DNA of 52,379 bases from Octopus bimaculoides (lineage: Eukaryota): contig NC_068985.1 of NCBI RefSeq assembly GCF_001194135.2, positions 20,360,508 to 20,412,886 on the forward strand, given 5' to 3'. Under the pieces are notes generated by a model. The model made no database searches. It saw only the letters and a list, made by a program, of their open reading frames with translations, and was not told where the DNA came from. The position numbers and the translations under genes are program-made. Each line of letters begins with the position of its first letter. The stretch's first letter is position 1. Shown in pieces: positions 10,416-21,867 of the stretch.

Positions 10416-10959
10416 NNNNNNNNNNNNNNNNNNNNNNNNNNNNNNNNNNNNNNNNNNNNNNNNNNNNNNNNNNNNNNNNNNNNNNNNNNNNNNNNNNNNN
10501 NNNNNNNNNNNNNNNNNNNNNNNNNNNNNNNNNNNNNNNNNNNNNNNNNNNNNNNNNNNNNNNNNNNNNNNNNNNNNNNNNNNNNNNNNNNNNNNNNNNN
10601 NNNNNNNNNNNNNNNNNNNNNNNNNNNNNNNNNNNNNNNNNNNNNNNNNNNNNNNNNNNNNNNNNNNNNNNNNNNNNNNNNNNNNNNNNNNNNNNNNNNN
10701 NNNNNNNNNNNNNNNNNNNNNNNNNNNNNNNNNNNNNNNNNNNNNNNNNNNNNNNNNNNNNNNNNNNNNNNNNNNNNNNNNNNNNNNNNNNNNNNNNNNN
10801 NNNNNNNNNNNNNNNNNNNNNNNNNNNNNNNNNNNNNNNNNNNNNNNNNNNNNNNNNNNNNNNNNNNNNNNNNNNNNNNNNNNNNNNNNNNNNNNNNNNN
10901 NNNNNNNNNNNNNNNNNNNNNNNNNNNNNNNNNNNNNNNNNNNNNNNNNNNNNNNNNNN
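10416..10959. other. Assembly gap (one of 12)
   Basis: N-runs at 6209-6218, 10416-10959, 12164-12947, 14415-14652, 15976-16061, 21124-21133, 22978-23074, 25077-25498, 45494-46358, 46988-47628, 48702-49248 and 49893-49902; most border microsatellites. Confidence 0.99.
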
Positions 10960-10991
<32 letters not shown>

Positions 10992-11024
10992 TGTATGTAT
11001 GTATGTAAGCTTCCCTCACAAAGC

Positions 11025-11148
11025 ATAAATCTGTTTGAGGCTGTGATACAAGACATAAAGCCAAGATACTGCAGAGTTAAAATGAACTTGGAAACATGTG
11101 GTTCCAAATATAAACCTTTAACCATACAACCATGTCTGCCTACCCTGT
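11025..11148 (-). mobile_element. Degenerate CORE-SINE (family B) head
   Basis: The reverse complement GGCAGACATGGTTGTATGGTTAA...GAACCACATGTTTCCAAGTTCA...CACAGCCTC aligns with the head of the 50132-50565 copy. Confidence 0.6.
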
Positions 11149-13064
11149 TCAATAAATGGAAGTTGATTGTGGGTCCCTTAATTCCTAAGCAGTAAGGAAA
11201 CAATCATAGTTAACCGATCCCTTCCAATCCTGGCTTCAAATCAAACTGTAGAGTCAGTCTTTTGCTTGATTACAGACTATCAAAATTGTATTTGTTGCTC
11301 GATTTACTCATACTTAACTCAATAGAATTCACTGAAGAGGAGGAAAAACTAGCGAAAACAAAAAGAGAAAACTATAACAGCAACAACAACAGCAACAACC
11401 TTAGTGGCAACAACAACAACAGCAGCAACAACAATACGCAAACTACAATGGGCTAACATGAGAGATGGTTTCTCTTGATTCCAGCTTAGTTATAACAGAT
11501 GAGATTATATTAAATGGTAGAGCCAGAAGCTCGAAATAGCTGAGATAGGAAGTAGCAATGTTCTATGTAATGGTTAATCATATACCAACTTATTTCCATC
11601 CTTCCTTCTATTCTTTCCACGGATGCTATTATTATTATTATTATTGATGCTACTACTGTTACAGTTCTCATTACTATTATTATTATTATTATTATTATTA
11701 TTATCATCATTATTATTATTATTATTATTGTTGTTGTTGTAGTGGTTGTTGTTATCATTATTATTGTTATATCTGTTACAAAGAAAGAAACAATATTCTC
11801 TATTTGCCGCAGGTAACTGAAGTACTTGCTCTTTTCTTCCCTCACGTTGCTTTTTGTTTATTTTCTGGGGTTTTTTTTTTTTTATATTCATTTTCTTTTG
11901 TTGAAATACCTGTTTATGTTAGTAAAATTATCTCTTGCTTAATTTTCTGTACATATACAACAATGTTAATGCATGATGTTAAGCTGTCTGCTATTCTACT
12001 AGTTTATACAGATTCATTTTCAAGAATTCCCACAGCTTCCACTTCCACTTCCATGAGATCTATTCCATATTTCATGTGCCGTCTTCCTAGAAATTAACAA
12101 TTAATTCAGGAGTGCATCATAGCATCAACATAAAATTCAATAAAGAGAAGAAACGGACAACTGNNNNNNNNNNNNNNNNNNNNNNNNNNNNNNNNNNNNN
12201 NNNNNNNNNNNNNNNNNNNNNNNNNNNNNNNNNNNNNNNNNNNNNNNNNNNNNNNNNNNNNNNNNNNNNNNNNNNNNNNNNNNNNNNNNNNNNNNNNNNN
12301 NNNNNNNNNNNNNNNNNNNNNNNNNNNNNNNNNNNNNNNNNNNNNNNNNNNNNNNNNNNNNNNNNNNNNNNNNNNNNNNNNNNNNNNNNNNNNNNNNNNN
12401 NNNNNNNNNNNNNNNNNNNNNNNNNNNNNNNNNNNNNNNNNNNNNNNNNNNNNNNNNNNNNNNNNNNNNNNNNNNNNNNNNNNNNNNNNNNNNNNNNNNN
12501 NNNNNNNNNNNNNNNNNNNNNNNNNNNNNNNNNNNNNNNNNNNNNNNNNNNNNNNNNNNNNNNNNNNNNNNNNNNNNNNNNNNNNNNNNNNNNNNNNNNN
12601 NNNNNNNNNNNNNNNNNNNNNNNNNNNNNNNNNNNNNNNNNNNNNNNNNNNNNNNNNNNNNNNNNNNNNNNNNNNNNNNNNNNNNNNNNNNNNNNNNNNN
12701 NNNNNNNNNNNNNNNNNNNNNNNNNNNNNNNNNNNNNNNNNNNNNNNNNNNNNNNNNNNNNNNNNNNNNNNNNNNNNNNNNNNNNNNNNNNNNNNNNNNN
12801 NNNNNNNNNNNNNNNNNNNNNNNNNNNNNNNNNNNNNNNNNNNNNNNNNNNNNNNNNNNNNNNNNNNNNNNNNNNNNNNNNNNNNNNNNNNNNNNNNNNN
12901 NNNNNNNNNNNNNNNNNNNNNNNNNNNNNNNNNNNNNNNNNNNNNNNCCACCACCACCACCACAGTAGAAATGGAGGCAACTTTATGTTTGAAGACGAGG
13001 GGTTAAAGTATGAGAGAAAAAGGGCTGCAGCAGGACAGGTTTCTTAGTGTAGAGGAACTACATG

Positions 13065-13461
13065 CAGCATTGGATTACAACCTGTCAAGGCCCTAAGCAC
13101 TTAAAAGATTTTGGTGCCCCCATAAAAGATTATGTAATTCAAAATATAAACAATAACAAACCATAAAATAAAAGTTAATTTTCAAAGCAAAACAAAAGAG
13201 TAAGAGGGAAAATAACATTTATTTTTGTATACTTCCACTTTATTTATATTTGAAAAGTTTTTGATCAGATCCTCAAAATTAATCTTAGGTAACATGTCAG
13301 CATCTATACTTAGTAGAGATAAAGGCATCCCGAATATTATTTTAGCAAGTTTAAAGTGATTTCTTTTGTGGCGTAAACCATTTACCATCTCTGTGGTGTC
13401 CCCTCCTTCCCTTGATACCCTAAGCACGTGCTTATTTTGCTTAATGGTTAATCCAATGCTG
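13065..13461 (-). mobile_element. Non-autonomous hAT element with transposase C-terminal remnant
   Basis: Perfect 13-bp TIR CAGCATTGGATTA / TAATCCAATGCTG and an 8-bp TSD ACTACATG / GCTACATG (7/8). The internal minus-strand LSLLSIDADMLPKINFEDLIKNF resembles the end of the hAT dimerisation domain (LAxLSIExExxxxxDFxDxIxxF). Confidence 0.92.
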
Positions 13462-13684
13462 GCTACATGACCACTCACTTTATACAGGAGTGAGTGGGAG
13501 CAATTGATATGGAGTTGCGAACAGAAATAATAATGGTGGTGATAAGGTGTCAGGGTGGGCTCAGTGTGGGGACATTTAAACAGAAACAGAAAGAGTATGT
13601 TGGTAAAGATTGCAAGAGAGTATGGAAGCTGCAGGGTGGCTAGAGATGGAAGAGGACTGCAAGCATATTGAATGACGAATAAAA

Positions 13685-14082
13685 GATTTTTCCTTCATGG
13701 TGGCAGTTGCAGGATGTCTAGATCTTGGGTTATCTTCAACACTTTTCATTTCCTTCCTAAATTCAGCCACCCACTTTTGTGTTATTGATAAAGCTGGAGT
13801 GTCATCCCCTAATACAACAACCATGTCAGAATGAATGTCCTTGGGAGCTACACCCTTTTTCTGAAGGTATTTCATTATGACATGATACCAAATTTTGTCC
13901 ATATTCAAGAGAAGCTGATACTAATTACATTTGAAGTCTTTTTTAAACAGTCAGATTTCAGTTTATCTGGAAAGAAACAATGCATTTATTAATAAAATGA
14001 GTTGAAATTAATGCATGCTAGATTTCATAGCTTTAGCATCACTCTTTCATAGTCAGGCTATGGACTTTTCAGCCCACCCTTG
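13685..14082 (-). mobile_element. mariner transposon, 5' fragment (TIR, 5' UTR and N-terminal HTH)
   Basis: MDKIWYHVIMKYLQKKGVAPKDIHSDMVVVLGDDTPALSITQKWVAEFRKEMKSVEDNPRSRHP matches the mariner HTH region (KWxxxFxxGxxSxEDxPRSGRP). The element end reads TA|CAAGGGTGGGCTGAAAAGTCC at 14084-14062 (-). Confidence 0.9.
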
Positions 14083-14214
14083 TATGAGTTAAATGGAGTG
14101 TAGGGAGAGTTGATGATGGCTAGAGGTTGGGTAGTTTATAGGAGTGAACGTAGGATGGGGTGTTTGGTGATACATATAAGGTGATGGGGCAGTCAGGAAA
14201 TACTATTCTTTTAT

Positions 14215-14414
14215 TATTTTATTTGTCTCAGTCATTTGACTGCAGCCATGCTGAAGCACCACCTTTAATCGAATGCTTATTCTTTGTAAACCTAGTACTT
14301 ATTCTATCAGTCTCTCCTGCTGAACTGCTAAACACACCAACATCAGTTGTCAAGTGAGAGTGATAGGACAAACACAGACACACAAACATACATATATATA
14401 TATATATATATATA
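14215..14414 (-). mobile_element. CORE-SINE family B, 3' half; the head probably lies in the gap
   Basis: CAGTCATTTGACTGCAGCCATGCTG.AGCACC...CTAGTACTTATTCTATC...GACAAACACAGACACAC then (TA)n; AGCCACTCC just after the gap (14653) matches the head end. Confidence 0.85.
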
Positions 14415-14744
14415 NNNNNNNNNNNNNNNNNNNNNNNNNNNNNNNNNNNNNNNNNNNNNNNNNNNNNNNNNNNNNNNNNNNNNNNNNNNNNNNNNNNNNN
14501 NNNNNNNNNNNNNNNNNNNNNNNNNNNNNNNNNNNNNNNNNNNNNNNNNNNNNNNNNNNNNNNNNNNNNNNNNNNNNNNNNNNNNNNNNNNNNNNNNNNN
14601 NNNNNNNNNNNNNNNNNNNNNNNNNNNNNNNNNNNNNNNNNNNNNNNNNNNNAGCCACTCCTGATGTTTGAATAAGAAAACTTGAACATTATGTTTCGCA
14701 CAAATACCAATAATATCAGTAAGCAAAAGGTAACAGGAATTAAA

Positions 14745-14860
14745 ATATTCTTTTCTACTCTAGGCACAAGATCCAAAATTTTGGTACTTAATTTATCGAC
14801 CCCGAAAGAATGAAAAGCAAAGTCGACCCTGGTGGAATTTGAAATCAGACCATTAAGACA
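14745..14860 (-). mobile_element. SINE family A, internally deleted and truncated
   Basis: Tail TTCTACTCTAGGCACAAG joined to GGTACTTAATTTATCGACCCCGAAAG...GTCGACC. Confidence 0.8.
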
Positions 14861-15023
14861 GAAAAAATTGGGTGTCTTAAATTATAATAAAAGAACAGGT
14901 GATTCCTTGGCAGTGTTGACCTAATCTGTTATCTGTTACTTGTTTCAGTCATTAGACTGTGGCCATGCTGGGGCACTACCTTGAAGAATTTTTAGTTGAA
15001 TGAAACAACACCAGTACTAATTT

Positions 15024-15187
15024 TTTTCTCTTTATTTTCCCTCCTTGTTTTTTTCTCTGTTTCTTTCTGTGGAAAAGCATAGGCTCGAAACGTTAAAGAC
15101 TTTTTCACTTCCAAGGCATTAAACTAATATATCTGGTTGTTGTCTACACCACCTGTCTTCTTCTTTTGTCTTTTTGTGAATTTTGCC
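15024..15187 (+). mobile_element. Small Penelope-like or retrozyme-like unit carrying a hammerhead motif
   Basis: Flanked by the direct repeat CTAATTT (15017-15023 and 15188-15194). It has a pyrimidine-rich leader and a hammerhead-like core at 15062-15099. A related unit lies at about 49560-49860. Confidence 0.6.
15062..15099 (+). ncRNA. Minimal type I hammerhead ribozyme motif (core mutated)
   Basis: TCTTT-CTGTGGA-A-AAGC-ATAG-GCTC-GAAAC-GTT-AAAGA. Stem I is TCTTT/AAAGA (5 bp), stem II is (A)AGC/GCT(C), GAAAC is intact and stem III is the loopless palindrome AACGTT. The core reads CUGUGGA instead of CUGANGA. Confidence 0.55.
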
Positions 15188-15296
15188 CTAATTTGTTTAG
15201 AGCCTGGTACTTATTCTATCAGTCTCTTTTGCCAAACCACTAAGTTATGGGGACATAAACAAACCAACGCTGGTTGTCAAATGGTGACGGGAAACA

Positions 15297-15344
<48 letters not shown>

Positions 15345-15602
15345 TATATATGACAGGCTTCTTTCAGTTTCCATCTATTAAATCTACTAACAAGTCTTTG
15401 GCCAGCTCAAAGCTTTGGTAGAAGACACTTGCCCAAGATGTCACACAGTGGGACTGAACCCAAAACTATGTGGTTGGGAAGCAAAGCTGTTACTACACAG
15501 CCACACCTTATTAATTCTCAGCTGACACATTACAAATAGATGTCTTGCAGCAGACAATTTATATATCCAGAAAAGGTTTAAATTTAATTGAACATGTTTC
15601 CT

Positions 15603-15815
15603 TTAACCTTTTTGTGACCATATTTCTAATGAAATACACTGTTTGTGACTTTCAATTAATTCTGAAAATACTCAAGAATTTGATGAGATAACGAAAATTA
15701 ATTAACTTTGGCGTTATGAATGGTGGCATTTGTAATTTAAATATTGATACTTTTAACACTTAAAAACAAAAGATTATGTACCATAGAAACAAGGGCACTC
15801 TCAGGCAGGTTGGGA
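15603..15815. mobile_element. Interspersed repeat family G (~220 bp; possibly a TTAA-targeting MITE)
   Basis: The shared body (GAAATACAC..., AAAATAATGAAG.ATTTAGTAAAATAACTTT.TCA, GATCACTTTAAAA..., TATCA.AGAACCAG) recurs at 20046-20250, 42178-42410 and 51939-52130. Termini are degenerate; TTAACCTTT is visible at 15603. Confidence 0.65.
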
Positions 15816-15897
15816 GCCTGATCTTGTATTTTGGTTTTGATTAAGTGCTTCTGCAATTAATGTTATTTCGCAGCCTTAATAGTAACAACAATAAAGA

Positions 15898-16198
15898 TGG
15901 TTTCAAATTTTGGCACAAGGCCAGAAATTTCGAGGAGGGGGTAAGTCAATTACATCGATCACCCCCACCCCCCACNNNNNNNNNNNNNNNNNNNNNNNNN
16001 NNNNNNNNNNNNNNNNNNNNNNNNNNNNNNNNNNNNNNNNNNNNNNNNNNNNNNNNNNNNNACTAGTGCTTTATCGACGACCCTGAAAGGATGAAAACAA
16101 AGTCGACCTTGGCAGAATTTGAATCCAGAACATAAAGATGGATGGAATGCCTCTCAGAATTTAGCTTGGCATGCCAACAATTCTGTTAGCTTGCTGCC
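15898..16198 (-). mobile_element. SINE family A spanning an assembly gap, followed by (AAT)n
   Basis: Tail GGTTTCAAATTTTGGCACAAGGCC lies before the gap and the head after it; (AAT)n runs from 16199 to 16270. Confidence 0.85.
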
Positions 16199-16207
16199 TT
16201 AATAATG

Positions 16208-16270
<63 letters not shown>

Positions 16271-16559
16271 TGAAGAAGAAGTAAAATGATGCAAAATTGT
16301 TCTTGCATGTACTGCCTTCATCCTAAGAAAAACATTGGCAAACTGAAAATACCTGATTCTTTTAAAACTGTCTTAGAGCTGAAATATCACGAATTTAATA
16401 GAATCTTAGTTCTCAAATTTTGCTCTCATTTCCTTACAATATATCATTGCTAATCATAAATAACACCCATAGTGAAATATCCAACTTGCTGTTACTTGAG
16501 GTCTCTGGGTGAGACTTGGCCCAGCTTATATAAAACAAAGCAATGTAAATAACAATAAT

Positions 16560-16775
16560 AATCCTTTCTACTAAAGGCACAAGGCCTGTAAGATGGGGAA
16601 GTGGGATAGTCAGTTACATTGATCCCCAGTACTCAACTGGTACTTAGTTTATTGACTCTGAAAGGATGAAAGGCAAAGTTGGCCTCAATAGAATTTGAAC
16701 TCAGAATGTAATGGCAGACGAAATACTGCTAAGCATTTTGTCCAGCATGCTAACGATTCTGCCAGCTTGCCACCT
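16560..16775 (-). mobile_element. SINE family A, full length
   Basis: Same head, central domain and tail as the other family A copies. Confidence 0.9.
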
Positions 16776-17446
16776 TAATTATAATGATATTAATTCCTTC
16801 TTAATTAGGTACAGTATGTTAAAGACCTTTGAAATGATTTTAAGTTTGTGGGCAGTGTGACAGTCAAACTTGTTTCATTATGTTAGATTTTGATATCTTC
16901 TATTTCATTCCAGAATTAAGCCTGTTAAAAAGTGCAACACTCAAATACACATTATAACAAGCAAAATAGCATTATAAATACTTGTTGTGGAAAGTAAGGG
17001 AGATAATTCAAAAATTTAAATTGATTAAAAATTAGTTGGTGGTGCTGGTGGGTACTGTGATCTTTGATAAGTACAGGGACAACTCTGGATATATATACTT
17101 CAATCATATTAGACATCCTCAGTGAAGTATAGTGAAGTATGTACTTATCAGACCTCAGAATGATTGAGATGATATAGCTTTTTTTTATGGAAATAATTCA
17201 CTGATTAGATGATTTAGAATGATGATACTGGAAAATTTCCCAGGAATATATTCTGCATGAAGTAGAGTTAAGTGTGGGTTAACACATTTAATATTGCAAA
17301 CCTAAAATAACTTACAGTCATTTGCAATTATACCAGTACTGAGCAAAAAAATCATTAAAATCAATGACAATTGTTGTGGGAACACAGATATTTAAATTGA
17401 CTAAAATTCATGTTTTAGTATTTTAAATAAATATCTTACTACACTC

Positions 17447-17585
17447 TCGGAGTGGTTGGCATTAGGAAGGGCATCCAGCTGTAGAAACTCTGCCAGATCA
17501 GATTGGAGCCTGGTGCAGCCTTCTGGCTTGCCAGTCCTCGGTCAAATCATCCAACCCATGCTAGCATGGAAAGTGGACGTTAAAC

Positions 17586-17630
<45 letters not shown>
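17447..17630 (+). mobile_element. RTE 3'-terminal fragment (family C) with long (GAT)n tail
   Basis: Near-identical to the copies at 42893-43045 and 51503-51668 (reverse complements). Confidence 0.92.
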
Positions 17631-17929
17631 CTTCATATCTTGTACTGGCACTGTTCCATGTGAACAAGAGACATATCAGAAAACTGTCATTTTTCTTGGT
17701 TTACTCATACTGATAGTCATGATACTTTATGGAATGGAATTTTTATTCATATTCAAAAAATTTTTGATATTATTATTATTATTGTTATTATTATTATTGT
17801 TGTTGTTGTTGTTGTTGTTGCTATGTTTTCTTTTGGTTTTGCTTCCGTTTCTTGTCAAGTGTCTTCCCGACACATCTTTCAAACAGTTTTAGCTTGGAGG
17901 AAGAGAGGTTACATCCATACCCTATGCAG

Positions 17930-18045
17930 ACTGTCTGATACTCATGAGAGTGATTCTGATGGGGTTAAGATTCCTCTTGAATAGTTGCATGAAAATCATG
18001 AGCAGGGAGAGAATTCCAGAGGGTTGGCATCTAGGGTTGGAATGA
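17930..18045 (+). mobile_element. Possible degenerate RTE RT N-terminal fragment
   Basis: LMGLRFLLNSCMKIMSRERIPEGW resembles RTE GVxxLTxLFNKIMxxExIPxEW. Confidence 0.35.
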
Positions 18046-18299
18046 GTGGGTAAAACATTTAACACAGAGTCTGAGTATGAGAATGATAATAATAATGGTA
18101 ACAAGATGAAGACAAATAAGCAAGTCAGGACAGCCTGAGTAGAAGTGGTCCTTGCTTCGACTATTTAACTTCTTACACTTTTTTCTTATAAGCTTCATCT
18201 AATTAGTCTAAAATTTAATTTTCTTCATTTGTGTTTATCTCCTGTGTTTGGGTATAGGTTTACAATCCTAGCAACTATGTACGCATAACATACATTCAT

Positions 18300-18630
18300 A
18301 CATCATCTCAACCATCAACATTTAAGGTCCATCTTCCATACTGGCATGGGTTGGACAGCTTGACAGGAACTGGAAAGGTCAGGGGCTGTATCAGGTTCCA
18401 TAGTCTGTTTTGGTTTGGTTTCTACAGCTGGATGCCCTTCCTAACATCAACCCCTTTACAGTGTAGTGGATGCTTTTTACATAGCACCATCACCAGTGAT
18501 TTTTACATGGCATCAGCACCAATGCCTTTTTATGTGGCACCAGCACACACACCAATGTGTTTTATAGGATCTCAATTCTGTTGTGTGGGCTGGGTCTTCT
18601 TAAGTACAGCAATGCACCACATGTCTCAGT
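18300..18630 (-). mobile_element. RTE 3' end (older subfamily)
   Basis: GGCATGGGTTGGAC...CTACAGCTGGATGCCCTTCCTAAC plus UTR repeats and GGGTCTTCTTAAGTACAGC. Confidence 0.8.
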
Positions 18631-19046
18631 TCTATATACATAGACATACATGCATATACACACATACACACAGATATAAAGAATAGGTTTATGAGGGTAA
18701 GATGTAAGCTGAAAGCATCAGACTGTGTTAGTTACTGCTGAGGGGCAGCTTTTGGGACATGCAATAACTGAAGCTTCAAACTGATTCACCAAGTTGTTGT
18801 TTAGCTTCAGGTCAGATTTACAGCTCTGTGATCAAAGACAGCCATGAGCAAACTATAGACTACAGGATTTTCTGAATGCCATGACTAACAAAAAAATTAC
18901 CTTGAATTATTTTTATTAGTACTGCTTGCCTGATGATGAGTCATGTCTCATATGGCCAGCTTCTTGAAAAATATTGTCCATGCCTGATCTCAGACATTCA
19001 GGTCATGACTGATTTGTCTTTTTTTCATGCATTATATAGATTATAC

Positions 19047-19535
19047 CAGAGGTCCCAAACACCAGGCTATGACTGGTGCTGCTCTGGGGATCTTTTGCTA
19101 CCAGGCTGCAAAGAAATAAGTGGGGTTTTCTGCAGTGACAGTAACCAAAACAAAATTATGAAGTAGACTAGACATAAAGAACACATTTCAAGTGTAATTG
19201 TCTCCCATCACTCCTAAATGGGACTGTCTAGTTGCTGGGAAACATTCTCAAGGCTCCCACTGATTCTACATTATTGTGAGTTGATATTGGTGTGATAATA
19301 GTGTAATGGGTATTGATTCAGGAAAACTAAGCATGCGAATGTGTGGTCAGCCTGGAGCACAGACATAAGAGTCAAAATATTATATACTTTTTCTTCTCTT
19401 TGATAAATAGTTCTTTTTATCATTGCTCTCTTTATTGAAATGCACTTAAATTAAACATATGTGCCACCACCAATCAGCAGAAAGATTGTCCGGCATGAAA
19501 CTGGTCCATGGTATAAAAAAAGTTTGAGACCACTG
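19047..19535 (+). mobile_element. hAT-Charlie element, internally deleted, Charlie3/MER1-like
   Basis: TIR CAGAGGTCCCAAAC / GTTTGAGACCACTG (12/14). The frame at 19123-19263 reads GFSAVTVTKTKL*SRLDIKNTFQV*LSPITPKWDCLVAGKHSQGSH*, a Charlie-type transposase C-terminus ending in QGSH. The right end is GAAACTGGTCCATGGTATAAAAAAAGTTTGAGACCACTG. The TSD is decayed (5/8). Confidence 0.88.
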
Positions 19536-20876
19536 CATAATGCAATATAGATACATAATACTTAAACATCAGGTATAAATAAATTACCTGTAACATCATT
19601 CAGGCCTTGTGTTGTAAACAATGAAATAACTGGTAGTAACTCAGAGGGAAGAATTTAGTGTATAGGTAGCTAATCACCATAGCTTTATCCCCATCAACTA
19701 CTATCCCTTACAATGCTTGATACAATATCTCAAACTTCAGGATAGCATTACATTGAAGCTTAACATATGCCTAACAACCTGATTAACATAGCTCATTCAG
19801 TTAAGGAATTTTAAATTACCAGCCAAATTCTAACCGCTCTAATGCAGATGGCAGAAGATACAATATTCAAATGCCATCTGGGAACATGCTGTAACACTGT
19901 ACATTCATTCATAATTTAAAGAATACACAAGGAATACAGTGGAATTTCTGGTGAACCAATTGAAAACAAACACTTTAAATATGCTAGATATACAGGAGTA
20001 GTTAACAGAAATAGTAGCTATATTATTATAAAAACTTGTGAATTGCTAAACACTTTTGTTACAATATTTCTGATGGAATACACCAAATTCGTTTGAATCA
20101 ATTTGGAAAAATGATGAAATATTTATTGAAATAACTTGGTCATTATTAAGCTGATGAATTTACACGAATTTTGATGGGATATTTTTATTTAGATCACTTT
20201 AAAATAGTGACTATGTATCACAGAACCAGAAGCTGTTTCAGGCAGGTTTGAAACTTCGAACACTTTCGGTCACTTCCATAATATAAATGAACTGTTCCTT
20301 AGACTATTAGACATTACTTTCATTTCAACTTTTCAAAAAGATAATCAATAGCATATACATACATATAGCATTAAACCTATCTGTCTATCTGTCTATCTAT
20401 CTATCTATCTATCAAGCTATTTATCTATAAAAAGACAAACAGACAGACAGACAGATAGATAGATTTAATATTTGTTTTTATATAAAGTTATATATAAAAA
20501 GAATTTAGCATTAAATTGAAGGATCACTCAATACATTTTAGTTGTGTACATATTTATTTATCTGTTTGTGAAAAAGACTGACAGTGACTTCAAAGTTCTT
20601 ATTATCCATCATCAAAGTATCTGATGATAATTTGTAAGCCAAAAATTTGGAGCCACTAGGAACCATTTTCTTTAAAAGATATATATATGCTTAGGCATAA
20701 GCACAAACACACACGCCATTATCTGTAACATGTCACATTAGTCCATCCACTCTTTGGTCTGTTAAGTGTTAATTGTCAATCTTGCTAGAATCCTTATGGG
20801 AAAAAATCTTTATGGCCCTCATAAATGCTTCTTTCACTTTCTCCCATTGTGTTGGATTGTGTCACTTTTTATCTAG

Positions 20877-21280
20877 ATTCTCTCAAATGTCCAGGAGGCT
20901 CTCTTGAGGTTGTAGATAGTTTCTGTTACCTTGGTAACCAAATTAGCAATGGTGGAGGATGCTCTGAAAGTACTGTTTCTAGAACAAGAATTGGGTGAAG
21001 GAAGTTCAGAGAGCTATTACCTCTATTGACAGCAAAAGGACTCTCTCTCAGAGTGAAAGGTAGACTGTATGATGCTTGTGTGTGAACAGCTATACTCTAT
21101 GGTAGAGAGACATGTGCTCTGAANNNNNNNNNNTATGGTAGAGAGACATGTGCTCTGAATATAGAAGACATGCATAGACTGGAGAGAAACGAAGGTAGTA
21201 TGCTCTGTTGGATGTGCAACATCAGTGCGCATATACAACAAAGTGCAAATGTACTGAGAGAATAGTTGGGCATAAGAGGA
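20877..21280 (+). mobile_element. RTE-clade LINE internal fragment
   Basis: DSLKCPGGSLEVVDSFCYLGNQISNGGGCSES...RIG*RKFRELLPLLTAKGLSLRVKGRLYDACV*TAILYG, homologous to 6830-7150. Confidence 0.92.
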
Positions 21281-21774
21281 AACCACCAACACATAAGAAA
21301 ACTTTTCACACACCCTATCCCAACAAACCAATCTACATCTCGACACCTCTTCTCTTCCTTACATTTCCTCCTCCATACACTGCCTATCTCTCTCTCCCCA
21401 ATTCTGTTCTCATGGCCCTGTTCCTCTGTATCATTGCTATCCAATAGCCCCCTGACTCTATATATACCCAGGTTTTAGCCACCCCCTTCTGCACTCTCTA
21501 ATCATGCTTCCTCACAATATCCTGTCACTTATATTATGACATTCAAACCTCAAGGGTATGCTCTGGCACTTGCCACCATCTGTATCTCTCTCTTCTTTTA
21601 CTCAACCATCCCATTTATATTCTGATCCCCAGCCCTTTTTATGTATGCCCAGCACTTTGCCATCATTTCTATCCTGCTGTTTCCCACTCTCTCTCTCCTT
21701 CTCCTGCACTTCCCTCAGGTTGGGTAACCATGTACTTCCTTTGCAGTAGTGCACCTATTTCTGTCTTCATTCCT

Positions 21775-21810
<36 letters not shown>

Positions 21811-21867
21811 ACCTCCTCTACAGAAAGACACCTGTTTCTGTCTCTGTCTCACTATAACCTTTCATCA

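Larger units (their letters stand above)
14930..15507 (-). mobile_element. CORE-SINE family B, full length, interrupted by a 164-bp insertion
   Basis: tRNA-like head (GGTGTGGCTGTGTAGT..., GGTTCAGTCCC), CORE-like CATCTTGGGCAAGTGTCTTC, internal (CA)n and tail CAGCATGGCCACAGTC...TGAAACAAG. The insertion spans 15024-15187. Confidence 0.9.

Noticed and set aside
5003-12075. Shared ATGGAATAGAT on the minus strand in two exon candidates (about 5010 and 12065)
   Set aside because: An 11-nt match in AT-rich DNA with unrelated flanks is expected by chance.
21098-21159. 26-bp direct repeat TATGGTAGAGAGACATGTGCTCTGAA
   Set aside because: The two copies sit exactly either side of a 10-N gap, so this is an unmerged contig overlap rather than a TSD.
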